IMG/VR virus record: IMGVR_UViG_3300022188_000006
Coordinates: 64,001-128,000 of that record
Length of the DNA stretch: 64,000 bases
Reading direction: 5' to 3' (one strand)
Source of the DNA: a virus
Shown: positions 55,289 to 64,000 of the stretch, piece by piece
How positions within the stretch are numbered: position 1 is the stretch's first letter
Layout: every line of letters begins with the position of its first letter
The notes under the pieces: model-generated
Seen by the model: only the letters and a program-made list of their open reading frames with translations
Told to the model about the DNA's origin: nothing
The model's database searches: none
Position numbers and translations under genes: made by a program

Positions 55289-55597
55289 TCAGAGCCGGCC
55301 CCATTTTTCCGTCACGTGTAGCACTTGCGTGCCCTCTGGTAGAAATACGAATACCTTCTTCTCTCTCCTCGCCGCTTCCGCCACTGACTCTTTCAAAGCC
55401 TTCATGGCCTCCTCGGAGACTTCCTTCGGAAGCGTAAGAAACACAAGATTCTCCAGCTCGGTCCGCCAACAGCGTATCTCGTCCAGCTCGATACCTTCTC
55501 CGTCCAACGCCTTCAATCTGAGTGTCAGACCCTCTGGAGCATGCTTTTTGTCGAACTCGTCCATACTAGACTTACCGCCCTCGTTTACAGCTTTCAA
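55289..55597 (-). CDS. Hypothetical protein
   Basis: About 100 aa, in operon. Confidence 0.5.
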   Translation of the reverse strand: MKAVNEGGKSSMDEFDKKHAPEGLTLRLKALDGEGIELDEIRCWRTELENLVFLTLPKEVSEEAMKALKESVAEAARREKKVFVFLPEGTQVLHVTEKWGRL

Positions 55598-56106
55598 GTA
55601 ACTTTCCTGGCACGCGCTTCGATTTCCTCAAACATCGCAATAGCAATCATGCTGGCAAGCTTGTCACGGATTTCCCGTGTGTGCGTCCGATAAAATTCTT
55701 CCTGTTGTTCTGGCGTAGTGTAATCAGGGTTAATGTATCCAGAATCTAGCATCTCCTCCCGGTCTGCCTCTGCGGCTACCCGCCGCGCCACTTCCCAAAG
55801 CCACTTCGGAATTACATCGGAAACAAAACAAAGCTTGAACACGTCTTTCGTAACAAGCTGCCCCAGTCCATTCTCCTCTGCATCGCCATTACCGGCATAG
55901 ATCGCATAGACCTCACCATCCGGGACATTAAGCCTGCGCCACTTCTTTGCCTCGCGAAACGAACGCCACACACGAGTTCCCCGAGACACGCTTGCCTCGG
56001 GGTCGTTCTTTATCCGCCGGTACTCCTGCCGGCTCAGCACCACATACATCGCGTCAGGCATCTTCATACGTGGGCGCCTCGGCCGCAACGACAACTTTCC
56101 TGTCAT
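55594..56106 (-). CDS. Hypothetical protein
   Basis: 170-aa ORF; true start probably a downstream Met. Confidence 0.55.
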   Translation of the reverse strand: MTGKLSLRPRRPRMKMPDAMYVVLSRQEYRRIKNDPEASVSRGTRVWRSFREAKKWRRLNVPDGEVYAIYAGNGDAEENGLGQLVTKDVFKLCFVSDVIPKWLWEVARRVAAEADREEMLDSGYINPDYTTPEQQEEFYRTHTREIRDKLASMIAIAMFEEIEARARKVT

Positions 56107-57079
56107 CGGTCACCGGGCCATCACCCTTGTACTCCTTGCTGTTGGGGAGCGTAAAGAGTCCTTTGACCTGCTTTAACGCCTGGTCGTAACTGTTGCCCAT
56201 CACAATGACCGAGATGAACAGCTCTTTCAGGTGAGCGAAGGAAAGCCCCTCGGTATCGTCGACCCACCGGTCGATATCAGCGACCGCGACATCATCGTAG
56301 TTCTCGGCACCCTGCGAAAACAGGAACTTGAAGAATGCTTTCCGGCAGATCGGAGAAGGCGGTCCGAAGTAGTATCTCCGGTCGAACCTGCTCGGTCTAT
56401 TGATGATCCGCTCCCCCAGCCTCTCAGGGTAGTTCGTCGTCGCGATGTACACTACCTTCGAAACCCCAGAAACACCGTCCAATAGGTTCAGCACCGTGCT
56501 CTCGCAAAACCGCTGTACTAGGGAGTCGATGTCTTCCAGGAGAACGATCAGAGGCACATCAGGCTGCACGTTCCTGACAGTCCGGAGCGCACTCACGAGC
56601 GTCTCCGGAGGGCAATCCCCAAGCAGCACGATGCCTCCACGGGAGACCAGCTGCGTGGTTAGTAGTTTTACAGCCGATGTCTTTCCTCCACCGGGAGGCC
56701 CGTGAAAGAGAATCCCACGCTTGTAGACCAGCCCGTAGTCGTGGAAAATCTGCTCCCTCTTCCAGAAATCCTCAATGTGCTCTAGGACATCCGCAGCAAA
56801 GCTGTCAGGAAGAGCTGCGAGCTTTCCGCCACTATCCGGCATCCGAACAAAAATCAGGCCACGCTCCATGGTCACCACAGGTTTGTACATGCCAGGCGGC
56901 AACTCGTTCTGCGTATGGCCGACCGCGGCAAACTCTACACCGTCATTAGACGCCCACTGCGTTGCTGTCAGTAGGCCGCCCCTCTTGGCAGTTCTGAGTA
57001 CACGTAGCGCATCTTCCGGCGCCAGATGTATCCCAAACTCCTGCCGAAAGAAATCACTTACTTTTTGTTCGGCAGCCAT
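56054..57079 (-). CDS. AAA+ ATPase
   Basis: KRGILFHGPPGGGKTS, LLEDID, LLDG, TTNYPERL, RPSRFDR. Confidence 0.92.
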   Translation of the reverse strand: MAAEQKVSDFFRQEFGIHLAPEDALRVLRTAKRGGLLTATQWASNDGVEFAAVGHTQNELPPGMYKPVVTMERGLIFVRMPDSGGKLAALPDSFAADVLEHIEDFWKREQIFHDYGLVYKRGILFHGPPGGGKTSAVKLLTTQLVSRGGIVLLGDCPPETLVSALRTVRNVQPDVPLIVLLEDIDSLVQRFCESTVLNLLDGVSGVSKVVYIATTNYPERLGERIINRPSRFDRRYYFGPPSPICRKAFFKFLFSQGAENYDDVAVADIDRWVDDTEGLSFAHLKELFISVIVMGNSYDQALKQVKGLFTLPNSKEYKGDGPVTDDRKVVVAAEAPTYEDA

Positions 57080-57087
57080 CTTGACCC

Positions 57088-57294
57088 CTAATCTGCGATC
57101 TTGACCTTTGTCGCGATCTTGCCCCTACGGCCATCTGTGAGTTCATATTCTACAGTCTGATTTTCCTGCAAGATACGAAATCCCTCGCCGTCGATGCCGG
57201 TATAATGCACGAACACGTCGCTCCCGCCGTCATCAGGGATGATAAACCCGTAGCCCTTCTTTTTGTCAAACCACTTTACTCTTCCGCTCGGCAT
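57088..57294 (-). CDS. Cold-shock protein
   Basis: G.VKWF...KGYGFI, DVFVHY (RNP1/RNP2). Confidence 0.95.
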   Translation of the reverse strand: MPSGRVKWFDKKKGYGFIIPDDGGSDVFVHYTGIDGEGFRILQENQTVEYELTDGRRGKIATKVKIAD

Positions 57295-57316
57295 TTGTGT
57301 TCCTTTCGAAGCTGCG

Positions 57317-57622
57317 CTATTCGATGTCGTTCAGGCCGCCCACAAGACCGTCGGGCTTCCTATCTAATAGTTTATTCAGTTGTATCTCCTTGTACAAGTC
57401 TCCGACCTGTCCATCCTCTCTGAAGTCGAACCAGACAACCGTCTGACACTTCGCACAGGCGAAGAACATTCGGCTAACAAGCAACGGCCTCCCGTTGTCA
57501 TCGAGCTCCGGGCCGGTCATATCGGCGTTGGGCCTGTGCTGATGCGCTTTGGTCCGAACGTACCGCATTTTTCGCTCGCACATTGGGCAGTAGACAACAC
57601 GCTCAAATCTTAATCCGGACAT
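57317..57622 (-). CDS. Zn-ribbon protein
   Basis: CPMC...CAKC. Confidence 0.6.
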   Translation of the reverse strand: MSGLRFERVVYCPMCERKMRYVRTKAHQHRPNADMTGPELDDNGRPLLVSRMFFACAKCQTVVWFDFREDGQVGDLYKEIQLNKLLDRKPDGLVGGLNDIE

Positions 57623-57644
57623 GGTTCTTTCCTATAATGAGCTG

Positions 57645-58427
57645 TCACGGCAGCCTGTTCTGCAAATACTCACCAACCAATATACACGTCGGCGTATAAC
57701 CAACGGTCTTCTTGACTCCGGCCTTGACGTACCGCTTGTAAGGCCAATTCTTGAAGGGCCAGGAACCCGGTTTTCTCTCTGCGAACGGCACCACCTGGTT
57801 GGTCTCCTCCTCGTGTCCCTCCGACCACCTATAGACATCTGGATACTCGACTCGACATTTCCGGCGAGCGATGTAAGAATAGAACGGGTTCTCCTCGCAA
57901 AGCCAGATGAGGCTTTTAGATGGCGTCTTACCGGTAACCAGGTAAGCCAGGAATACAGAGTTCACGTGCTGTCTCAGCCATGGAATCCAGCGTACCAGCC
58001 ACCCAAAAGCGGGTCCACATCGCACCAACCATCTGGCCTTGTGCTTCACAAGAAACGGGTCCTGCAGCTTGGCGCCGCAGTCAATGGCAAACCGCAATCC
58101 GGCGGGTCCAGCGAAAGACTGCGCTTTCTTCTTGTACCAGAATTCCGGCATCTTCTCTGACCGAATCCAGTCAGCACTGACCGGCATAGGAGCAAAATTC
58201 CGCGCGTCAGGACCAACCTCCAGCAAAACGCGCAGATACCTCTCCGCTTTCTCGGCTACCTCTTTGTCGCCCTCCAAGAGAGAAGCGCCGCAAAGCAACC
58301 CAACCCAAGCCATACCGTCTATCCAGTTGGTATACCCGAAAGGCACGACCTGGGAGAAATACCCATTCTCCTCCGAGAATGCTGACAACACAAGCTCCCT
58401 AGCCTCTTCCAGCTTGTTCTTGTCCAT
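57645..58427 (-). CDS. Hypothetical protein
   Basis: 260 aa, aromatic-rich; no motif recognised. Confidence 0.6.
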   Translation of the reverse strand: MDKNKLEEARELVLSAFSEENGYFSQVVPFGYTNWIDGMAWVGLLCGASLLEGDKEVAEKAERYLRVLLEVGPDARNFAPMPVSADWIRSEKMPEFWYKKKAQSFAGPAGLRFAIDCGAKLQDPFLVKHKARWLVRCGPAFGWLVRWIPWLRQHVNSVFLAYLVTGKTPSKSLIWLCEENPFYSYIARRKCRVEYPDVYRWSEGHEEETNQVVPFAERKPGSWPFKNWPYKRYVKAGVKKTVGYTPTCILVGEYLQNRLP

Positions 58428-58439
58428 GGGATGACCTTT

Positions 58440-58694
58440 TTATTCCGGCCGGTATCTCTCAATCACAGCCAGCGCGTCCCTGGCGGCCTGTCGAAATCGC
58501 TCGTCCCCTTCCTGCTCTGCAATGTCTTGCAGGATCTTGGCCGCCACGAAGAAACTTCCAGTCCCAAACTGCCAGCCACTTGGTGTCTGCTCGACTCGGC
58601 AGTTACCTGCTTTTTCGTCGATAACGGCTACTAGCCCAAAATCTCCCTCATACCTACGCTTCGTTCTTCCGTCCTCAATGCTCACAGAGACCAT
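58440..58694 (-). CDS. Hypothetical protein
   Basis: 84 aa with SD. Confidence 0.55.
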   Translation of the reverse strand: MVSVSIEDGRTKRRYEGDFGLVAVIDEKAGNCRVEQTPSGWQFGTGSFFVAAKILQDIAEQEGDERFRQAARDALAVIERYRPE

Positions 58695-58709
58695 CGTTCT
58701 TTTCCTTTC

Positions 58710-59699
58710 CTAAATAGAACCGGCTACAAGCGCACCGCGCGTGACCGTATACAGTGGGTCATCAGCGACCCTGATGTCTTTCACCGGAATTGGAAACTGC
58801 AGACGCTCGAACACATCGGTGAACACCTTCACAAAACCATTCGGAGCCGAGGTTCCTCCGGCACTCACAATCGTGACTGGCTCGCTAAAGTTCGGCATGT
58901 CCTTGCCTGCTTCGAACCTCCGCTTGATGTTCTCCAGTGAATACTGGATGGCAGCCTCATAGTAAGACCTAATAGCCGCCTGTTCTCTGCTCAGCTTTTC
59001 CCCGGTCAGGCTGAACGCCGGATCTTCCTTAATCGCCGTCATCCGCGGCTTCACCTCCCCACAGACCTGCGCCGCTTTTTCGTCGATGTAGTCTCCTGCC
59101 CGGGCGGAAGAAAAAGTTATCACAGGAACACTCTTAAACGCGACACAGACGTTGACCATGCCGCCACCCCAAGAAATTCCAATCCCGGTAAACTGCTCGT
59201 CTGCCAGTTCTGCGAGGACCACCGCATGGCCCTCGGTCACGGGCACAGACTCGATCTGTCTTTTTTGTAGAATCCCTTCGATCACGGACTTGTGGAAAGT
59301 GCCGTCGAAGTTTGCGTCCACAGGATCCGCAGGCATCGAATAGCAGCACTTGTCTCCAGCTTCTGCGCCAGCGTCTGAAAGGAGCCTACCTATCATCCTG
59401 TCCATCATTGGTATGGCATCAGCCTCCCCAGAACTGATAACTCCAGACTGCATGGGCCGACGCACTTCCTTCCCAAATGTCTTCGCCAGCTCGAAAGCTT
59501 CGTCACCGGCGATATACAGCTTCCCGTCCAACTCAAACTCAGGGACGTTCATGGTGCCCAACATCCTCTTGCTGAACGCATCGTTCGGAACCTCAAAGAA
59601 TACGTTCCGCAGACTTGACACCTTCACATCTCCGTCCGAATCTTCCCACGCACAGACCAGCGTCGCTGTTCCTGGATCCAAGGCCACAACCTTAGGCAT
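58710..59699 (-). CDS. Actin-fold ATPase, volactin-like
   Basis: Phosphate-1 LDPGT, RRPM..GVI, EG.AV, phosphate-2 GISWGGG, adenosine AGGTS, connect-2 DPLY.V.RGAL. Confidence 0.88.
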   Translation of the reverse strand: MPKVVALDPGTATLVCAWEDSDGDVKVSSLRNVFFEVPNDAFSKRMLGTMNVPEFELDGKLYIAGDEAFELAKTFGKEVRRPMQSGVISSGEADAIPMMDRMIGRLLSDAGAEAGDKCCYSMPADPVDANFDGTFHKSVIEGILQKRQIESVPVTEGHAVVLAELADEQFTGIGISWGGGMVNVCVAFKSVPVITFSSARAGDYIDEKAAQVCGEVKPRMTAIKEDPAFSLTGEKLSREQAAIRSYYEAAIQYSLENIKRRFEAGKDMPNFSEPVTIVSAGGTSAPNGFVKVFTDVFERLQFPIPVKDIRVADDPLYTVTRGALVAGSI

Positions 59700-60138
59700 C
59701 GTTCTTCCCTCCGCGCAATTTTCTCAACAATTCCTTATTTCGGGCCACACCGGCCGTCTTGTCACCGCGAAGTTCTACCTCGTCGATATTTGTAGTCATC
59801 TCGGAACTGAACACCTCGGAAGCTAGAGCCTCCTTGATATTGGGAACGCCAGCATCACCGGAAACTGGGCTAGCCGTAGCCGGCACCGCAAGTCCCGAAA
59901 GTTTTTCCTCAAGCACTTCGGCCAGCATCTCCCGCAAAGCATTTGGATCCTGCTGTACACTGATACTTACCTCCTGCGGCGTTTTTTGTGCTGCGGATCC
60001 AACGGCTGCCAAAAACACCATTCGCATGACCTCTTTTAGTTCCGCCTTGTCCTTTTCGTTGAGGCTACGGAGCCGCGCCTTCTGTCGATCAAGGCGTGCC
60101 CACAATCTCTCAAAGGCTTCGACAGCTTCGTTATTCAA
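59692..60138 (-). CDS. Putative actin partner/adaptor protein
   Basis: Overlaps the actin start; helical N-terminus, low-complexity linker, basic amphipathic C-terminal helix (NKELLRKLRGG); probable TTG start at 60138. Confidence 0.55.
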   Translation of the reverse strand: MNNEAVEAFERLWARLDRQKARLRSLNEKDKAELKEVMRMVFLAAVGSAAQKTPQEVSISVQQDPNALREMLAEVLEEKLSGLAVPATASPVSGDAGVPNIKEALASEVFSSEMTTNIDEVELRGDKTAGVARNKELLRKLRGGKNDA

Positions 60139-60530
60139 CGCAGTTTCAGTTCCAGTGTCACAGCATTGCAGTGCCGGCAAATAGCTACCTCGTCGATCTC
60201 AAGCCGCCGGCCACACCTCCCGCAGTGTCTGTTCGCCTTGGCTCTCTTTCTTTCTATCTCGTCCTTTGTCAGGGCTATGATCGCTGAGATGCTGTACTTT
60301 GTTTTGCGCTTCACCCAGTTGTCAAAGCCGCCAAGCTCCAACAGGGCATACTCTGAAGCTGGTAAAACCTCCTTAAGTACGTCCAACGAGCGCATCAGAA
60401 ATTTCTTCTGTGCGTCCGTAACGGCACTCTCTATCGCAAAACCTCCCTCCCACCAATCAGATGGAGGCTTCTGTTTTTCCATTTTACGTGACCTTTGGTT
60501 TTGTTCAACCGTTCGCACTGTCGCGGACAT
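60135..60530 (-). CDS. Hypothetical protein with C-terminal Zn finger
   Basis: CGRC...CRHC. Confidence 0.55.
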   Translation of the reverse strand: MSATVRTVEQNQRSRKMEKQKPPSDWWEGGFAIESAVTDAQKKFLMRSLDVLKEVLPASEYALLELGGFDNWVKRKTKYSISAIIALTKDEIERKRAKANRHCGRCGRRLEIDEVAICRHCNAVTLELKLR

Positions 60531-60984
60531 GCAATCTTACCAAAGCGCCTGTTTCCTGATCCGCTGCTTGCCATACTCCGTCCGTCAGTACATCCGTGCC
60601 ACGGAGACCTATGACTTCTACGTTTATCCGTGTAACCAGCCCCTCCTCGTTCCTCTCGTAGCCGTCGGCGGTTAGTCTTACACGCCTCGCGTGCTCCGAA
60701 AATCTGTCAACGACTCTCTGCACGACGCGGCGCGCGTCCGACAGGGGTATCGCTTTCCCGTTCTCCGTTTGTGTCAGCATCTCGATATGTTTGCAGGTCC
60801 GTCCGAATTTCCCGGCCCTGCACGTGCAGGTACCCGCCTCTCGGTCTATCTCGTACTTAGCCGCCAGGATCCATCGTTCGTCATCCTGCGCGTACTTGAA
60901 GACAGTGGCCGTTTTCTCATCACTCTTCACTATGTACCGATAGTTCATCGACCACATCCTTTCCGAACACAGGCCCTTCCTCAT
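60505..60984 (-). CDS. SWIM zinc-finger protein
   Basis: CTC...CKH. Confidence 0.75.
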   Translation of the reverse strand: MRKGLCSERMWSMNYRYIVKSDEKTATVFKYAQDDERWILAAKYEIDREAGTCTCRAGKFGRTCKHIEMLTQTENGKAIPLSDARRVVQRVVDRFSEHARRVRLTADGYERNEEGLVTRINVEVIGLRGTDVLTDGVWQAADQETGALVRLHVRDSANG

Positions 60985-61741
60985 CGAAGGCCACGAGCTT
61001 CACTCGGAATACCCGCTCGACCCTGCGGCACACCTCGTCAAGCCCCTCCTTTCTCGTATCAAATCCTTCCGAGTTGAAAGCCATCGCAATACAGTCAATC
61101 AACCACGGCAGTTTATCACTGCCAGTTATTTTTCGCGCTTTGTCTAGGGCTATATTCCAATTCTCCCATTGATCGTCGTAGAGAGGAATCCGGATGACAT
61201 GAATCGACTCTGGTACCTCCTCTCGGCTGGGAATCTCAAGACCTTCTTGTTTCGCTTTTTTCTTCTCGGCCTTCTCCCGTGCTTTCTTGGCGATCTCCGT
61301 CAGGTCCGCAAAGCTGCTCTTTTCTACTCGCTCCATCCACGGCTTAACGTTCCCTTCCGTGATAATTCCCTTCGCAGCCAAAGGGGCCAAGAGCGACATC
61401 TTGGACCATCCCACCTGTTCTGCCCATTTCTTCGGAAAGGGTCCTTCCTCTGTTTGGGCATAGATAAGTGCTAGGTGGTTCGCTTTTCTCTCTTTGAAAC
61501 CCAGTTCTTGCTCGCAGTAGGCTGCGAAGGTCTGAAAACCCCAGCTTCGATAGACCGGGATACCTTCCTGGGTAACTGCCTTAGCGATGAGCTTGAGAAA
61601 CTTCCCAAGCTCCAGATAACTCTTCTCGACTATCTCCTTCAGCTCAAGGGCTCGCTTGCGCGCCTCTTTTGCTTCCTTCTCACCTAAAACTATCTCCCCG
61701 ACCTTGTGGGCATCTACCTTGACCACTTTGTTCTGTGTCAT
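60920..61741 (-). CDS. Hypothetical DNA-binding protein
   Basis: LELG..L......Y..WGF.TF..YC..ELG...RKA..L pattern common in phage proteins. Confidence 0.6.
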   Translation of the reverse strand: MTQNKVVKVDAHKVGEIVLGEKEAKEARKRALELKEIVEKSYLELGKFLKLIAKAVTQEGIPVYRSWGFQTFAAYCEQELGFKERKANHLALIYAQTEEGPFPKKWAEQVGWSKMSLLAPLAAKGIITEGNVKPWMERVEKSSFADLTEIAKKAREKAEKKKAKQEGLEIPSREEVPESIHVIRIPLYDDQWENWNIALDKARKITGSDKLPWLIDCIAMAFNSEGFDTRKEGLDEVCRRVERVFRVKLVAFDEEGPVFGKDVVDELSVHSEE

Positions 61742-62538
61742 TTCCAGCCCCTTTCCTTCATTACACGCACAACGCGCTCGTCCTTTAACAAGTCAGCGCA
61801 CGATTTGCCAAACCGCCGGCATAGGCACATCTCAGGCAACGTGCCGCTCTTTCTTGCTATCTGCACGCACTTGGTCTTTGATTTTGCTTCTGAGACGACA
61901 GCCTCGTCATACTCCACCACCATGTCTTTGACGAAATCCTCCCCGCCGTCCTTGTTCAGATACACCACACGGCCTTTTCGTATTCCGGACAGCCACATGT
62001 AGACGATTATTTGGAACCGGTCAGCAGGCCAGATATCCTTTATTGCCTTGTATCTACTCGCGCTTCTGGTCTTGATGTCCATGACCTCGTATTCCCCGTC
62101 GAAGTCCAGGATACCGTCCATTCTCCCTACTATCTCGTGCTCTTTGTTCTCCACCCGAATCTCTGAGTAGAGCCATTCGGAGTCCTTGCAATGAATATAC
62201 ACGGGCATCTTGGCCATGTGGACCACGTGCCCGCAACGACTACAAACCCAATCACCAACCAATAGGCCCATTGGTCCGAGGTACTTTTCTTGCCACCATC
62301 TGTGTAGCGCATGCCCGATATCAAACGTTATCTCGTTGGCAGGAGTCCGTTCGATTCTTCTGATCCCGCCAACAGCCTCGGACAAGACTTCAAATCTCGG
62401 ACAAAGGTAATGCAACTCCGACACGTGGAAGCCCGCTTCTCGCTCTTCCTCCTCGCGGGTCACAACCCACTTTGACACTAGGGATTTTAGCGACTCGCGC
62501 TTGATCGTGTTCGCCGCTATATCCGCGAAGCTACTCAC
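61738..62538 (-). CDS. Cas4-like PD-(D/E)xK exonuclease
   Basis: S.L..CPR, G..LH, E.......G..DG, DIKT, Q...YM, C-terminal Cys. Confidence 0.85.
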   Translation of the reverse strand: MSSFADIAANTIKRESLKSLVSKWVVTREEEEREAGFHVSELHYLCPRFEVLSEAVGGIRRIERTPANEITFDIGHALHRWWQEKYLGPMGLLVGDWVCSRCGHVVHMAKMPVYIHCKDSEWLYSEIRVENKEHEIVGRMDGILDFDGEYEVMDIKTRSASRYKAIKDIWPADRFQIIVYMWLSGIRKGRVVYLNKDGGEDFVKDMVVEYDEAVVSEAKSKTKCVQIARKSGTLPEMCLCRRFGKSCADLLKDERVVRVMKERGWK

Positions 62539-62959
62539 TGGCTGCCACCTTCGCCAGATACTCCATAGGAACCATCGCCCATTCCTTAGTCCCGAGCTTC
62601 TTCATTCCTCCAATCTCTACACAGAGACAAGGCACCCGGCCAGCAAGATCTGCCTCAGCCTCTAACTTCAGGAGCCAGTCACCCTTTATCGAAATTGACT
62701 TCTTGTCAGTTCTCTTCGCCTCGATCAGTAGTTTTTTGCAACTTACGTCTGCAGAGAGGCCCACCTTACCACCGACCAATCCATCTTTTACTGTCACTTG
62801 ACCATCGCGAATTTGGACCGAACCAAAGGCTCCAGAACCGGCCACTACCCTCCCCTTGTACCTGCGTGCAAGCCGCTTCTCTTGCTTCATGGACTTCTTC
62901 TTATTCCCGTACCCCGGATCCAGGGCTCTACACCTGGGCGGTTCGTGCTCAGGCATCAT
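62531..62959 (-). CDS. PD-(D/E)xK nuclease (Holliday junction resolvase-like)
   Basis: QEKRLA...G.....SGA...ADV...IEAK.T.K.SISIK..WL.K; start reassigned to ATG 62959. Confidence 0.78.
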   Translation of the reverse strand: MMPEHEPPRCRALDPGYGNKKKSMKQEKRLARRYKGRVVAGSGAFGSVQIRDGQVTVKDGLVGGKVGLSADVSCKKLLIEAKRTDKKSISIKGDWLLKLEAEADLAGRVPCLCVEIGGMKKLGTKEWAMVPMEYLAKVAASE

Positions 62960-64000
62960 CTCCCTCCAAACCGATATTTTTGAGTGCGTCCTTCTCCTCG
63001 ATAGTGCCCAGGCGCTCTGCCAGAAGGGTCTGCCGAAGTCGTTCCAGCTCGTCAGGATTTTCGACGAGGTACTTATAGATGCTCTTCGCTGTCTTGAACT
63101 TCTTGTCGTCGTAGACCCAGCCACTGCTACTATCCCCAAACCAACCGCGGCTCTGGGCGACCCCGAGTATTGTCTTCAACTCATTCGTGTCCCCAGGGGT
63201 GTGCCCATCAATATCAGCGAGCCAGACGCGGAACGTGCACTCCATCTGGGGCGGCGCGCTTTTGTTCTTCTCACAGGTCGCCTTCACTAGCTGGCTCAAG
63301 GTGTTACCATACTCATCCTTTTCGTACTTGCCACCTCGCATCCGCAGGTCAATCGTCGTAGCAAACTCCTGCCCCATCCCTCCTGGTTTTGTCTCGGGAT
63401 TCCCGAACATCACGCCCAGCTTCATACGCACCTGATTCAGGAGCAGGACTGTTGGCCGCACCCCGCTGTTCAACTTCTGCGCATTCTGCGCCGAAACGGA
63501 ACGCCGCAGGAGCTTGTTGATAAGCCTTGCCTGCAATCCCATCTGCCAATCCGTGGCAGACGCCTCTATTTCTGCCGACGGAATTAGATGTGCGAGAGTA
63601 TCGATCACAAATAACTCGCAGGCACCCGCGCGCAGAAAAGCATCCGCCATGTCAACGCCCTGCTCAGCATACTCAGCCCGACTCAGCAGCAACTTGCTAC
63701 AATCGACTCCCAGAGCAGCAGCCCATCGGTTTTCGAAGCTACCCTCAGCGTCCCACCAGATAACCCGAAAAGGATTGTACTCCCCGCACTCCGGGCACTT
63801 CAGCTCGAAATCACCCTTGTCCACCAGATGGGATTCGTAACCAAGCTCCTTGCACTCCGGACACAGGCCCCCAAGTTCATCTCCGCGGTAACCACACTCT
63901 TCGCAGCGATACTTGCGCTTCTCGGTCCGCTTCATCTTACAAAGGTGCTTCCGGCAGTATCCCTGCGCCGCCGCCGCTGTCTTCAGCGCCACCAGCGTCT
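62949..64000 (-). CDS. recA: RecA recombinase with Zn-ribbon insertion (5' end outside window)
   Basis: Begins at the end of Walker A ([K]TLVALK); DAEG, LGVD, EQG, VIDTLAHL.P..E, GLQARL, LNQVRMKLGVMFGNPETKPGG, KNK.APP. Confidence 0.93.
   Translation of the reverse strand, partial: TLVALKTAAAAQGYCRKHLCKMKRTEKRKYRCEECGYRGDELGGLCPECKELGYESHLVDKGDFELKCPECGEYNPFRVIWWDAEGSFENRWAAALGVDCSKLLLSRAEYAEQGVDMADAFLRAGACELFVIDTLAHLIPSAEIEASATDWQMGLQARLINKLLRRSVSAQNAQKLNSGVRPTVLLLNQVRMKLGVMFGNPETKPGGMGQEFATTIDLRMRGGKYEKDEYGNTLSQLVKATCEKNKSAPPQMECTFRVWLADIDGHTPGDTNELKTILGVAQSRGWFGDSSSGWVYDDKKFKTAKSIYKYLVENPDELERLRQTLLAERLGTIEEKDALKNIGLEGDDA

Noticed and set aside
56054-57079. AAA ATPase as the eCIS Afp15/Pvc15 cargo loader
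   Set aside because: It lies about 40 kb from the tail genes, in the replication block; nothing in the sequence links it to the tail.
61738-62538. Cas4 as evidence of a CRISPR-Cas system
   Set aside because: Solo Cas4-like exonuclease in a recombination cluster; no other cas genes or array.
62949-64000. Intein in RecA (also considered for TerL, PolA and NrdJ)
   Set aside because: No C/S...HN-C/S/T splice junctions, and protein lengths are near normal.
1-64000. Stop-codon reassignment or a diversity-generating retroelement
   Set aside because: Genes are full length in the standard code and end in TAA, TAG and TGA; no reverse transcriptase or TR/VR pair was seen.

Overview
This is a 64 kb segment of a large contractile-tailed (myovirus-like) bacteriophage, about 56% GC by eye. 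Essentially every real gene lies on the minus strand, and Shine-Dalgarno and sigma70-like signals point to a bacterial host. In transcription order (high to low coordinates) there are five blocks. (1) Recombination/replication, 64000-48361: RecA with a Zn-ribbon insertion, two PD-(D/E)xK nucleases, a volactin-like actin with an upstream partner, cold-shock protein, AAA ATPase, primase, SSB, family A DNA polymerase, an FCP1/NIF-like HAD protein and class II RNR. (2) After a terminator/promoter boundary, a ~16 kb block (48048-32065) that interleaves TerS and TerL with ~20 accessory genes: SOD, two PI3/4K-HipA-like kinases, a Pol-beta nucleotidyltransferase, ChaB, DUF5661 and YkgJ. (3) A fibre/decoration block: glycoside-hydrolase propeller and collagen-like proteins. 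(4) Portal, protease-scaffold, major capsid protein, a degenerate LAGLIDADG protein and neck genes. (5) An eCIS-like tail and baseplate: sheath, two tubes, chaperone with a -1 frameshift, tape measure, LysM, hub, spike, PAAR, gp25 and wedge. The most interesting signal is in block 2. Many of its proteins carry an amphipathic L-x-x-F helix and Lys|Ala/Ser/Gly sites like those in the scaffold and capsid propeptide, which suggests a protease-matured, capsid-packaged effector payload. Within it, a kinase + partner-domain pair occurs twice, once as two genes and once fused across a Lys|Ser site. All family assignments come from motif recognition by eye; no searches were run.
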